Positions 1 through 9,277 of a stretch of DNA of 64,000 nucleotides are shown here, one piece after another. Under the pieces are notes generated by a model. The model saw only the letters and a list, made by a program, of their open reading frames with translations, did no database searches and had not been told where the DNA came from. The DNA is taken from contig JAINCQ010000018.1 of NCBI GenBank assembly GCA_036574205.1, positions 93,298-157,297 on the forward strand. The letters are read 5' to 3'. Both the position numbers and the translations under genes were made by a program. The DNA is from Elusimicrobiota bacterium. Its GTDB lineage: Bacteria; Elusimicrobiota; Elusimicrobia; Elusimicrobiales; UBA9959. Position 1 is the first letter of the stretch. Every line of letters starts with the position of its first letter.

Positions 1-270
1 TTATTCAAAAGCTAATTCAACCAACAAGGATTCCATATTTTCCTGTAAGGCTTTGCTGAATTTTAGATAATTTAAGTATGACTCATACAGAATTTTTTTA
101 TAGCATTTAGTCTTTTTTCTGTGCTTTGTGTGGTAAGTAATGACCTTTGTGTGAACTATTCCTTCTTAAGCTTATGTGATAATGTGCTGGGACTGCGATT
201 AAGAATTCCTGCTATTTCCCTGAATTTTAAGCCTCGCCTTTGTAAAACTAACAGTTTGTTGTGCTCATAA
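1..270 (-). pseudogene. IS30-family transposase N-terminal HTH remnant (frameshifted, truncated)
   Basis: Minus-strand translation gives ...LLVLQRRGLKFREIAGILNRSPSTLSHKLKKE*, continuing in other frames as NSSHKGHYLPHKAQKK and a further segment to the window edge. This resembles the IS30 HTH signature (REIA..LGRSPSTISRELKRN..Y.P..AQ). No ATG, at least two frame changes, no DDE domain. Confidence 0.4.
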
Positions 271-352
271 TTTGTTTAAGTGTTTGTATTTTATATCTAC
301 CTCTTATTCTACGGCAAATATGTTTTTTGTTGTGTTAGTGTTTTGAACTCGT

Positions 353-592
353 GTATCTATTATCTATACATACCTGTCTGCGTGCCTGCCTGAGCGAAGA
401 TCCTCGCAGTCAGGCGGACACGCACAGACAGGTTGGAGTTTTTATGAGTTTCACCCTCACCTTAATCCTCTCCCATTTTTCACCCTCATCCTTCACCTTC
501 CCCCATCAAGGAGGAAAGGAAAGTTTGACCGTTCCCGGAAGTGAGTGCCGGACTGACCGCCCCAGTCAGTCTACGCTTTCACAGCCTTAAAA
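353..592. repeat. GC-rich mosaic intergenic repeat (three palindromic modules nested in an AT-rich repeat)
   Basis: Hairpin 372-433 (ACCTGTCTGCGTG...CACGCACAGACAGGT). Module 475-541 has 37/37 nt identical to 14308-14344. Hairpin 551-571 (GACTGAC-CGCCCCA-GTCAGTC) recurs at 40918-40941. Flanks align with the copies at 10400 and 14107. Confidence 0.7.
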
Positions 593-737
593 ATCTTTCA
601 ATATGTTTATTTTGCATTATTGAAAACTTATTTTTGTTTTATATTGTTGTAAAAATGTAAAATATTTGTAAATAGGAGGAATGATGAGCTTTGTTTTTCT
701 GGTTTTTTCATTTTTTTTAAATTTAAATGGAGAGAAT

Positions 738-2768
738 ATGAGAAAAATAGAACCACCGGTTGCAAAAAAAATACCATATAGATTAGAAAAACATGGTGAT
801 GTAAGGATTGATAATTATTTCTGGCTTAAAGATCGTGACTCAAAGGATGTCATTGATTATCTAAAAGCGGAAAATAAATATACTGAGTTGGTAATGAAGG
901 ATTATAAAAAGGTTGAGAAACAAATTTATAAAGAACTTAAAAGCAGGATAAAAGAGGATTATCAAACAGCCCCTGTAAAATATAAAAATTATCTTTATTT
1001 TAAAAGATATAAAAAAGGGAAAGATTATCCTATTTACTACAGAAAAAAGATAGGGCTGGAAAAACCAGAGTTGTTATTAGATGTAAACGATATAGCAAAA
1101 GATAGGGAGTTTTGCCATGTTTCAAAAGTTCAGGTAAGCCCTTCCCAGGAAATTCTTGCTTATGCGGTGGATTATGTTGGAAGGAGGTTTTACACAATAT
1201 ATTTTAAAGATTTAAAAACCGGCAAAATGCTTGATACAAAGATAGAAAATGTTACTTCAAATTTTGCATGGTCAAATGATTCAAATATTATTTATTATGT
1301 GAAACAAGATAGTGAAACTTTAAGATGGCAGGGAGTCTGGAAATTTAATATAAAATCAAAAACTACCCAAAAATTATATTATGAAGATGACAAAACATAT
1401 TCAGTTTATCTTACCAAGTCTAATTCTGAAAATTATCTTTTTATGACGATAGATTCCACTCTTACTACTGAGGTTAGATATCTGGAACCTGGCAGTGAAA
1501 ATGAAGTGTTTAAAATATTTCGTCCTCGCCAAAAAGGGCTTGAGTATTATGTAGAAGATGGTGGTGATAGATTTTTTATAAGGAGTAATGATAATGCTAA
1601 AAATTTTAAAATTTCTTATGTCATGAAAGATGAAAACCACACGGATAAAAATTTATGGAAAAATCTCATTGAACATAACGATAGTGTGTTGTTAGAGGAT
1701 ATGGAGGTTTTTAAGGATTGGATCGTTATAATGGAAAGAGAAAATGGGCTTGTTAATTTTAGGATTATAGATAGAAATAACGGAGGATTTTCGTATATAA
1801 AGTTTCCAGATGAGGTATACTCTGCCTCATTTGGTGAAAATCTTGAATATGAAACTAATTATTTTAGATATGAGTATGAATCCATGGTAAATCCTCCTTC
1901 TACTTATGATTATGATTTTTTGAATAAAAATTCTATTCTTGTAAAAAGAAAAGAAGTTCCAAACTATAATCCTTCTGAATATGAAACTAAAAGAGTATGG
2001 ATTTCTGCTCGTGATGGTGTGAGGGTACCTTTAAGTATTCTTTATAAAAAAAATTCGTCTAATGATAAGTTGTATTTATATGGTTATGGTTCATATGGTT
2101 ACTCTATTGATCCTTATTTTAACTCTACCCTTTTCCCTCTTGTTGATAGAGGTTTTGTTTATGTTATAGCTCATATAAGAGGAGGAAGCGAATTAGGAAG
2201 AGCCTGGTATGAAAACGGAAGACAACTTAATAAAAAGAATACATTTTACGATTTTATAGACGCAACAAAAGCCTTGATTGAATTAGGATATGGCAAAAAC
2301 GGAGTTTTTGCTGAAGGTGGCTCTGCTGGCGGGCTTTTAATGGGCGCGATTGCAAACATAGCTCCAGAACTTTATAAAGGTATAATATCCGAAGTTCCCT
2401 TCGTTGATGTTTTAACTACTATGCTTGATGAATCTATTCCTCTTACTACATCAGAATATGATGAATGGGGTAATCCAAACATAAAAGAATATTATGATTA
2501 TATAAAATCATATTCTCCCTACGATAATATAGAAAAGAAATGCTATCCAAATATCCTTGTTACCTCTGGATATAATGATTCACAGGTTCAATATTGGGAG
2601 CCTGCAAAATGGGTTGCCAAATTGAGGGATAATAACGAATGTGATTCTTTTATATTGCTTAAAATGGATATGTCTAGTGGTCATTCTGGTAAAACTGGAA
2701 GATATAAATACCTTGAAGATATAGCGTTTAATTATGCGTTTGTTTTGAATGTTGCTGGAATAAAATAA
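738..2768 (+). CDS. ptrB: oligopeptidase B / prolyl oligopeptidase family S9A serine peptidase
   Basis: N-terminus MRKIEPPVAKKIPYRLEKHGDVRIDNYFWLKDR matches the protease II start. Catalytic GGSAGGLLMG serine motif and C-terminal SGHSG. The ORF is open from 681, but ATG 738 has a GGAGAG SD and matches homologue N-termini. Confidence 0.85.
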   Translation: MRKIEPPVAKKIPYRLEKHGDVRIDNYFWLKDRDSKDVIDYLKAENKYTELVMKDYKKVEKQIYKELKSRIKEDYQTAPVKYKNYLYFKRYKKGKDYPIYYRKKIGLEKPELLLDVNDIAKDREFCHVSKVQVSPSQEILAYAVDYVGRRFYTIYFKDLKTGKMLDTKIENVTSNFAWSNDSNIIYYVKQDSETLRWQGVWKFNIKSKTTQKLYYEDDKTYSVYLTKSNSENYLFMTIDSTLTTEVRYLEPGSENEVFKIFRPRQKGLEYYVEDGGDRFFIRSNDNAKNFKISYVMKDENHTDKNLWKNLIEHNDSVLLEDMEVFKDWIVIMERENGLVNFRIIDRNNGGFSYIKFPDEVYSASFGENLEYETNYFRYEYESMVNPPSTYDYDFLNKNSILVKRKEVPNYNPSEYETKRVWISARDGVRVPLSILYKKNSSNDKLYLYGYGSYGYSIDPYFNSTLFPLVDRGFVYVIAHIRGGSELGRAWYENGRQLNKKNTFYDFIDATKALIELGYGKNGVFAEGGSAGGLLMGAIANIAPELYKGIISEVPFVDVLTTMLDESIPLTTSEYDEWGNPNIKEYYDYIKSYSPYDNIEKKCYPNILVTSGYNDSQVQYWEPAKWVAKLRDNNECDSFILLKMDMSSGHSGKTGRYKYLEDIAFNYAFVLNVAGIK

Positions 2769-2913
2769 TATTACAGTTTTCTTTAAATTTTTCACCGTGT
2801 TTTCCCAAAAGAAAATTATATTTTCGAACAAATTGATAAATTTTATATAATATTGTTATATGGTATTTTTAATAAAGAAATTTGGTTAAGTAGAAACTTA
2901 ATCGGGAGGAACA

Positions 2914-5694
2914 ATGAAAACAGAAACAAAGTCAAAAAAAGCCATGAAAAATGCAGTAAAACTTCCTAAAAAGATGGTTTACTTTTTTGGAGGTGGAAAG
3001 GCTGAAGGTAAGGAATCAATGAAGAATTTATTAGGAGGAAAAGGCGCAAATCTTGCTGAGATGGCAGGCCATCCTTCTTTAAGACTGCCGGTTCCTCCGG
3101 GATTTACAATAACAACAGATGTTTGCACATATTACTGGGCAAACAATAGAAAATATCCAGCTTCTCTTGAGCAAGAGGTGGAAAAAAATTTAAAGAAAAT
3201 AGAGGATCTTACCGGGAAAAAATTTGGTGATAGTGAAAACCCGCTTCTTGTTTCAGTTCGTTCCGGAGCAAGAAAATCTATGCCTGGAATGATGGAGACA
3301 ATTTTAAACGTTGGATTGACTACTAAAACAATACCCGGTTTTATAAAGCTTACCAATAATCCAAGGTTTGTATGGGATTCATATAGAAGACTTATCATGA
3401 TGTATGCTGATGTTGTTATGGAAAAAGCCGCAGGGATAGAACCAAAAGATGATTTTGGGATAAGGAAACAGCTTGATAAAATAATGGAGGAGAAAAAACA
3501 ACAAAAAGGTGTAAAAAATGACACGGATCTTGATGCTGAAGATTTAAAAGAACTTTCAGAGAAATTTAAGGAAAAAATAAAAGAGGTTCTTGGAAAAGAA
3601 TTTCCAGATGATCATAAAAAGCAGTTATGGGGTGCAATTGGAGCCGTGTTTGCTTCATGGAATGGGAAAAGAGCTGTAGCTTATAGAAAAATAGAGAACA
3701 TCCCTGATGATTGGGGAACAGCAGTTAATGTCCAATCAATGGTTTTTGGAAATATGGGAGAAGATAGCGCCACCGGAGTTGCTTTCACCAGAAATCCTGC
3801 TACTGGCGAAAATAAATTTTATGGAGAATTTTTAACCAATGCTCAGGGAGAGGATGTCGTGGCTGGAATAAGAACGCCAAATCCTATAAACGAAGATAGC
3901 AAGAATGAGCATTCTAAAAATCTTATGACTCTTGAAAAACTAATGCCTGAAGTATATAAAGATCTTGATAATATAAGGAAAAAACTTGAAAAACATTATA
4001 GGGATATGCTTGATATAGAGTTTACAATAGAAAAGGGCAAATTATATATGCTTCAATGTAGGGTTGGAAAGAGAAATGGTGTTGCGGCTGTTAAAATGGC
4101 TTTGGATATGTATAAGGAAAAACTTATCACAAAAGAAGAAGCTATTATGAGAGTTTCTCCATCTCAGCTGGATGAACTTTTGCATCCTATAATAGATCCT
4201 AATGAAGAAAAGAACGCAAAGCCGATAGCAAAAGGTTTACCAGCAGGTCCTGGTGGAGCTTATGGGAAAATAGTTTTTACTGCATCTGATGCTGTTGAAT
4301 GGGTAAAAAAAGGCGAAAAGGTTATACTTGTTAGAGAAGAAACTAATCCTGAAGATATAGAGGGGATGAGGGCTGCAGAAGCTATATTGACCGCAAGGGG
4401 TGGGATGACATCGCATGCCGCGCTTGTCGCCAGAGGCTGGGGCAAATGCTGTATTGTAGGTTCTTCTGCTATTGAAATAGACCTTAAATCTAAAAAAATG
4501 ATCGTTAATGGAAAGGTTTATAATGAAGGAGACTGGCTGACTTTAAATGGTTCTAAAGGGAATGTTTACGAGGGTAAGCTTAAAATGCTTGATGCTGGCA
4601 GTGGTAATCAGATGCTTATGGATTTTTTAAAACTGTGCAATAGTGTTAGAAAGCTCGGTGTTAGGACAAATGCTGATACCCCATCTGACGCTTCAAAGGC
4701 TAGAGAGTTTGGTGCTGAAGGCATAGGACTTTTCAGAATTGAACATATGTTTTATGGAAAAGGAAGCGATGAACCTCTTTTTAAACTTAGAAAGATGATT
4801 GTTTCAAAAACTAAAGAAGAAAGGGTTAAAGCTTTAAATGAGTTATATCCCTATATGAAAAAGGATATAAAAGATACGCTTAAAGTTATGAAAGGACTTC
4901 CTGTCACCATAAGGCTTATAGACCCACCCTTGCATGAGTTTGTTCCACATGACGATGAGAAACTGAGAAATCTTGCAAACGAACTTGGAATATCCTTTGA
5001 AGAATTAAATGCAAGGGCTGAATCTCTGAGGGAATCAAATCCTATGATGGGACATCGTGGAGTAAGACTTGGAATAACATATCCTGAAATAACAGAGATG
5101 CAGGTAAGGGCTATCCTTGAATCTTCTGCAGAATTAATTAAAGAAGGGATAAGGGTTTATCCAGAGATAATGATCCCAGTTGTTTCTCATGAAAAAGAGG
5201 TTGAATTTGTTGTACCAATAATAAGAAAGGTATATGATGAAGTAATAAAAAAGACTGGTGTTAAAAAAATAGATTATAAGATAGGAACTATGATAGAAAT
5301 ACCACGTGCATGTTTAATTGCAGGAAAACTTGCTCAAACAATGGAATTTTTCTCTTTTGGAACTAATGATCTTACACAGATGGGGTTCGGTTTTTCAAGA
5401 GATGATTCTGGTGTATTTTTAAAGGATTATCTTGAAAAGAAATTACTTGCCACAGATCCATTCCAAACAATAGATCAGGAAGGAATCGGCGAATTAATAA
5501 AGATAACTGTAAACAGGGGAAGAGCAGTAAGAAAAGATCTTAAAATAGGAATCTGTGGAGAGCAGGGTGGAGATCCAGCTTCTGTAGAGTTTTGCCATAA
5601 TTCTGGTTTAAATTATGTTTCCTGCTCGCCTTTCAGAATTCCTATAGCGATACTTGCTTCCGCTCAGGCGCAGATTAAAAATAAAAAGAAGTAG
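2914..5694 (+). CDS. ppdK: pyruvate, phosphate dikinase
   Basis: 926 aa. Phosphohistidine motif GGMTSHAALVARGWGKCCIVG, N-terminal VYFFGGGKAEG, C-terminal PEP-utilising TIM-barrel motifs (FSFGTNDLTQ). GGGAGGA SD before the ATG. Confidence 0.95.
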   Translation: MKTETKSKKAMKNAVKLPKKMVYFFGGGKAEGKESMKNLLGGKGANLAEMAGHPSLRLPVPPGFTITTDVCTYYWANNRKYPASLEQEVEKNLKKIEDLTGKKFGDSENPLLVSVRSGARKSMPGMMETILNVGLTTKTIPGFIKLTNNPRFVWDSYRRLIMMYADVVMEKAAGIEPKDDFGIRKQLDKIMEEKKQQKGVKNDTDLDAEDLKELSEKFKEKIKEVLGKEFPDDHKKQLWGAIGAVFASWNGKRAVAYRKIENIPDDWGTAVNVQSMVFGNMGEDSATGVAFTRNPATGENKFYGEFLTNAQGEDVVAGIRTPNPINEDSKNEHSKNLMTLEKLMPEVYKDLDNIRKKLEKHYRDMLDIEFTIEKGKLYMLQCRVGKRNGVAAVKMALDMYKEKLITKEEAIMRVSPSQLDELLHPIIDPNEEKNAKPIAKGLPAGPGGAYGKIVFTASDAVEWVKKGEKVILVREETNPEDIEGMRAAEAILTARGGMTSHAALVARGWGKCCIVGSSAIEIDLKSKKMIVNGKVYNEGDWLTLNGSKGNVYEGKLKMLDAGSGNQMLMDFLKLCNSVRKLGVRTNADTPSDASKAREFGAEGIGLFRIEHMFYGKGSDEPLFKLRKMIVSKTKEERVKALNELYPYMKKDIKDTLKVMKGLPVTIRLIDPPLHEFVPHDDEKLRNLANELGISFEELNARAESLRESNPMMGHRGVRLGITYPEITEMQVRAILESSAELIKEGIRVYPEIMIPVVSHEKEVEFVVPIIRKVYDEVIKKTGVKKIDYKIGTMIEIPRACLIAGKLAQTMEFFSFGTNDLTQMGFGFSRDDSGVFLKDYLEKKLLATDPFQTIDQEGIGELIKITVNRGRAVRKDLKIGICGEQGGDPASVEFCHNSGLNYVSCSPFRIPIAILASAQAQIKNKKK

Positions 5695-5702
5695 AGTATA
5701 AA

Positions 5703-6338
5703 ATGAGCGTTTTATTCCCGGTGGTCATCTCCGCTCCAAGCGGGGGCGGAAAGACCACTATAAAAAATGAAATAATAAAAAGGAATAAACTGTTTAAATT
5801 TAATATAACCTGTACTACAAGACCTAAGAGGAAAGGCGAGATTGACGGAAAGGATTATTATTTTATATCTGATAAAGAGTTTGATAGGATGATAAAAAAC
5901 GGTGAGTTTCTTGAATGGGCCAGAGTTCATAATTGGCGTTATGGCACTCCAAGAAAGTCTGTAGATAAAGCTATCTCTGAAGGTTATTTTCCTATTATGA
6001 CTATAGATGTTAATGGTGCAATGTCAGTTAAAAAAATATATCCGGATTCAGTATTGATATTCCTTATTCCCCCCTCTCCACAGGCGCTTGTGGACCGCCT
6101 TAAAAAAAGAGGTGAATTGATGAGTGACATAAAGCTGAGAATGAAAACTGCTATTAGAGAGATAAAAAAAATTCCGAAATTTGATTATATTGTAGTAAAT
6201 GATGATATAAAAAAAACTGCCAAAAAAATAGAAAATATTGTTTTTTCTAATCTTTGCAAGATTTCCAATAATATGGATATTATCAAAAGATTTATTGATA
6301 AAGCGAGCAAAATTACTGATTATGGAGGAGTAAAATGA
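5703..6338 (+). CDS. gmk: guanylate kinase
   Basis: P-loop ISAPSGGGKTT, TTRPKRKGEIDGKDYYFIS, EWARVHNWRYGT. Confidence 0.9.
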   Translation: MSVLFPVVISAPSGGGKTTIKNEIIKRNKLFKFNITCTTRPKRKGEIDGKDYYFISDKEFDRMIKNGEFLEWARVHNWRYGTPRKSVDKAISEGYFPIMTIDVNGAMSVKKIYPDSVLIFLIPPSPQALVDRLKKRGELMSDIKLRMKTAIREIKKIPKFDYIVVNDDIKKTAKKIENIVFSNLCKISNNMDIIKRFIDKASKITDYGGVK

Positions 6339-6658
6339 GCGAATCAAAAAAAAGTGTTAAAGAAGAGAATAAACAGGAAATTAATCTTGATGAGATTATT
6401 ATCAATTCTACGGATGAAAGATATAATAATCTTGTTCTTGCGATGAAATGGGCATATCATTTAAAAAATACAGAAGAATATAAAAATAAACTTTCTTCTG
6501 AGATAATAGACAAGGCATTAAAAGATGTTATGACAAAAGAGGTTTCGGCTGAGGAGATAGAAAAAGCTGTTGAAAAAGACGAGGCTTTAAGACTTGAAAA
6601 AATTGCTGAAAAGAGGAGAGAAAAAGCCTCTAAGAGTAAAATGAGCCAGAATGATTAA
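6335..6658 (+). CDS. possible divergent RNA polymerase omega subunit
   Basis: ATGA-coupled directly after gmk, the classical gmk-rpoZ synteny. The segment ERYNNLVLAMKWAYHLK resembles the omega core NRYeLVllAakRArqL. The rest is not recognisable. Confidence 0.4.
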   Translation: MSESKKSVKEENKQEINLDEIIINSTDERYNNLVLAMKWAYHLKNTEEYKNKLSSEIIDKALKDVMTKEVSAEEIEKAVEKDEALRLEKIAEKRREKASKSKMSQND

Positions 6659-7427
6659 AAATAAAATAATAAAATACTTGAAAGAAGAAATAGATGAAGA
6701 CGTTTATATCCCTCCTCATTATTTTGACTCAAATACCACCATTGATAAACAAAAGGAAAACAATATAGTAGATAAAACTGAAAATACTTCTTTTATACCA
6801 GAATCTGATAATAATATATCTAAATATAAATTGCTTCAAGAACTTGAAGCAGAAGTAAAAAAATGCAAAAAATGTCCACTTGGATTATCAAGGATTAAAC
6901 CGGTTTTTGGGGTTGGCAATCCCAATGCTTTGGTAATGTTTATTGGTGAAGGTCCTGGGTGGGAGGAGGATCATAAAGGTGAGCCATTTGTTGGAAAAGC
7001 TGGACATCTTCTTGATATGATACTTGCTTCAATAGGACTTTCAAGAGAAAAAGTTTATATAGCAAATATCGTCAAGTGTCATCCAATGATAAATCCTCAA
7101 ACCCCCCAGGCAAGAGGCAACGATAGACCTCCAACACCTATTGAAATATCTAAGTGCCGAAGCTATTTAGAGGATCAAATAAAAATAATAAAACCGAAAT
7201 GTATAGTTACACTCGGTAATACAGCTACAAGAGTTATGCTTAATGAAACAAAAGGGGTATCTGCCCTTAGGGGTAAATTTTATGATCTTCCTCCTAATTT
7301 AATTTTTAACTTTGAAATAAAGATACTTCCAACTTATCATCCAGCAGCGCTTTTAAGAAATCCCAATCTCAAAAGAGATACATGGGAGGACATGAAAATG
7401 TTAAGGGATTGGCTTAAAGGGCAATGA
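6651..7427 (+). CDS. uracil-DNA glycosylase, family 4, with N-terminal extension
   Basis: CKKCPL, GEGPGWEEDHKGEPFVGKAGHLLD and HPAALLRNP motifs typical of family-4 UDG. About 70 aa of unrecognised N-terminal extension. Confidence 0.85.
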   Translation: MIKNKIIKYLKEEIDEDVYIPPHYFDSNTTIDKQKENNIVDKTENTSFIPESDNNISKYKLLQELEAEVKKCKKCPLGLSRIKPVFGVGNPNALVMFIGEGPGWEEDHKGEPFVGKAGHLLDMILASIGLSREKVYIANIVKCHPMINPQTPQARGNDRPPTPIEISKCRSYLEDQIKIIKPKCIVTLGNTATRVMLNETKGVSALRGKFYDLPPNLIFNFEIKILPTYHPAALLRNPNLKRDTWEDMKMLRDWLKGQ

Positions 7428-9271
7428 TAGCGGAGATTTTATTTCCCGTAGCTCTTGATAAAACTTTTTTTTATAAAATCAGCGATGATATAAAATCTAA
7501 AATACAACCGGGGGTAAGGGTTTATGCTTCTTTTGGCAGTAGAGAGAAAGTTCTTGGCTATGTTTTATCAATAAAAGATGAAAAGGATATAGCAAACTCT
7601 ATTAAACCGGACCTTGAGATAAAATCAATAAGTAAGGTTATAGATTTAAAACCTATATTTGACGCGGAAAAATTTATTTCTATTTCTACATTTATCTCAA
7701 AACGCTGGTTATCCCCACTTGGACTTGTACTTTTAGATTTTTTGAGATTTATTCCTTTAAAATTAGATTATGAAGATATATCTCAGAAAGAAAATAGCAA
7801 TTCTTTTAAACCATATTTTTTCCTGAATTTCAAGGCTGGTGAAATTAGAAATAAAATACTTGAATTTGCTGATAAAAATACTGTTGTTGTTTTTTTTCCG
7901 AATATTTTGTCTCTTGAAATATTTGAATCTGAAATAGCCATAGCCAGAGAAAGATATAAAAAATATTCTTCAAATGAGAAAGATTCAGAGAGAAAACTTG
8001 TTTCAAAGTTGCTATATCTTGGTAAAATAAATATTCTTTTAACAACAAAGGCAGGGTGTTTCCTACCTTTTCCTGATAATACTGTTTTTGTTGTAATAGA
8101 TCCATTAAATTTGATGTATAAGCAATTTGACCAGCATCCTTATTATGATACAGTTGAGGTTTTATTAAAAATATCTGAAATATTTAATTATAAAATATTT
8201 TTTTTCTCTAATTTTCTTCCCCTTTCATTTGTTGATAAACAAAGAAGCGGGTTAATAGAAACAGAAAGCAAGCCATTTAAATTAAAAGAATTTGAGGTAA
8301 AAGATATTAAAAAAGAAAATATTCTTTCTCAACAGTGGATTTTAGAGATAAAGAAGCTAATTGAACAAAACAAAAAAATTCTAATAATTTCTTATTCAAG
8401 ATACTCCTCAAGTTTAAGTGTGTGTCCAGAATGTGGCTGGATAAAAAAATGTCAGAGATGCAATTCAGTAATGAAGGCTGAGATGATGGAAGGCAAAAAA
8501 CGCTATTTTTGTCAGTATTGTGGTTTTAATGAGGATTACACAAATATTTGTCCAAAATGTAATATAACTCTTTCTGAAAAAGGATTTGGAACTAAAAGGA
8601 TATATGAAAATCTTGTTTCAGTGTTTTATGATAAAAAGATAGTTGAGATAGATGGTAGAAGTGTATATATAAAATCTGAACTTAATCGTGCCATAGAAGA
8701 GATAAAGCAAAAGGATTTTGATATTCTTATTGCAACTGAATCTGTAATTTCATCTATTGTTGACATTGAGTTTGATTATATAATTTTTATGGTATATGAA
8801 AGAAACAATGACTATGATTATTCATATTCCGAGAGATTTATAGATAAATTTTTAAATTTGATGCTTAAAACAAAGGATGATTCAAAAATTCTTATATATA
8901 CTTATAATCCTGAAAGTTATATATTTGAGAAAATAAAAGATCCATTAAATATAATAGATGAGGAACTTGAGTTAAGAAAAACTTTTAATTATCCACCATT
9001 TGCTTACGTATATCAAATAGAGATGTTCTTTAAGGATAAAAAAAAATTTAAAGAATTGGTTAATGATTTTATAGAAAAAATTGATGATAAATTTAAAGAA
9101 GACAATGATATAATAGAATATTATCCAAATCTTAGAATCAGAAAATCAAGAACTTCTCCTTTGTATACCCATAAAGCATGGGTGAAATTGAAAAAATATG
9201 AAAATTTTTTTGATTTTTTAAGGGAATATTCTCAAAAAACTGGTGTTAAAATAAATGTTATTGAATATTAA
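7424..9271 (+). CDS. priA: primosomal protein N' (PriA) homologue with degenerate helicase motifs
   Basis: PriA-like N-terminus (AEILFPVALDKTFFYKI...PGVRVYASFGSREKVLGYV). Cys cluster CPECG..CQRCN..CQYCG..CPKCN. The helicase core is alignable (DSER, TTKAGCFLPF), but no GxGKT P-loop and DPLN in place of DEEH. Confidence 0.75.
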   Translation: MIAEILFPVALDKTFFYKISDDIKSKIQPGVRVYASFGSREKVLGYVLSIKDEKDIANSIKPDLEIKSISKVIDLKPIFDAEKFISISTFISKRWLSPLGLVLLDFLRFIPLKLDYEDISQKENSNSFKPYFFLNFKAGEIRNKILEFADKNTVVVFFPNILSLEIFESEIAIARERYKKYSSNEKDSERKLVSKLLYLGKINILLTTKAGCFLPFPDNTVFVVIDPLNLMYKQFDQHPYYDTVEVLLKISEIFNYKIFFFSNFLPLSFVDKQRSGLIETESKPFKLKEFEVKDIKKENILSQQWILEIKKLIEQNKKILIISYSRYSSSLSVCPECGWIKKCQRCNSVMKAEMMEGKKRYFCQYCGFNEDYTNICPKCNITLSEKGFGTKRIYENLVSVFYDKKIVEIDGRSVYIKSELNRAIEEIKQKDFDILIATESVISSIVDIEFDYIIFMVYERNNDYDYSYSERFIDKFLNLMLKTKDDSKILIYTYNPESYIFEKIKDPLNIIDEELELRKTFNYPPFAYVYQIEMFFKDKKKFKELVNDFIEKIDDKFKEDNDIIEYYPNLRIRKSRTSPLYTHKAWVKLKKYENFFDFLREYSQKTGVKINVIEY

Positions 9272-9277
9272 TCTTAT

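Noticed and set aside
351-590. 79-aa ORF on the + strand covering the GC-rich island
   Set aside because: Low-complexity translation of palindromic repeat modules (FTLTLILSHFSPSSFTFPHQGGK). It has no RBS, and part of the same DNA recurs in non-coding context at 14308-14373. It is a read-through of repeat DNA, not a gene.
353-592. Tested whether the GC-rich islands (also 14195-14540) are a standard housekeeping RNA such as SRP, RNase P, tmRNA or 6S
   Set aside because: CCCGGAAG and GGAGGAAAGG superficially recall SRP (GGUCCGGAAGGAAGCAGC) and RNase P P4 (GAGGAAAGUCCGGGC), but the flanking conserved nucleotides do not match. No tRNA-like tmRNA ends were found. This is judged by eye only; cmscan would be decisive.
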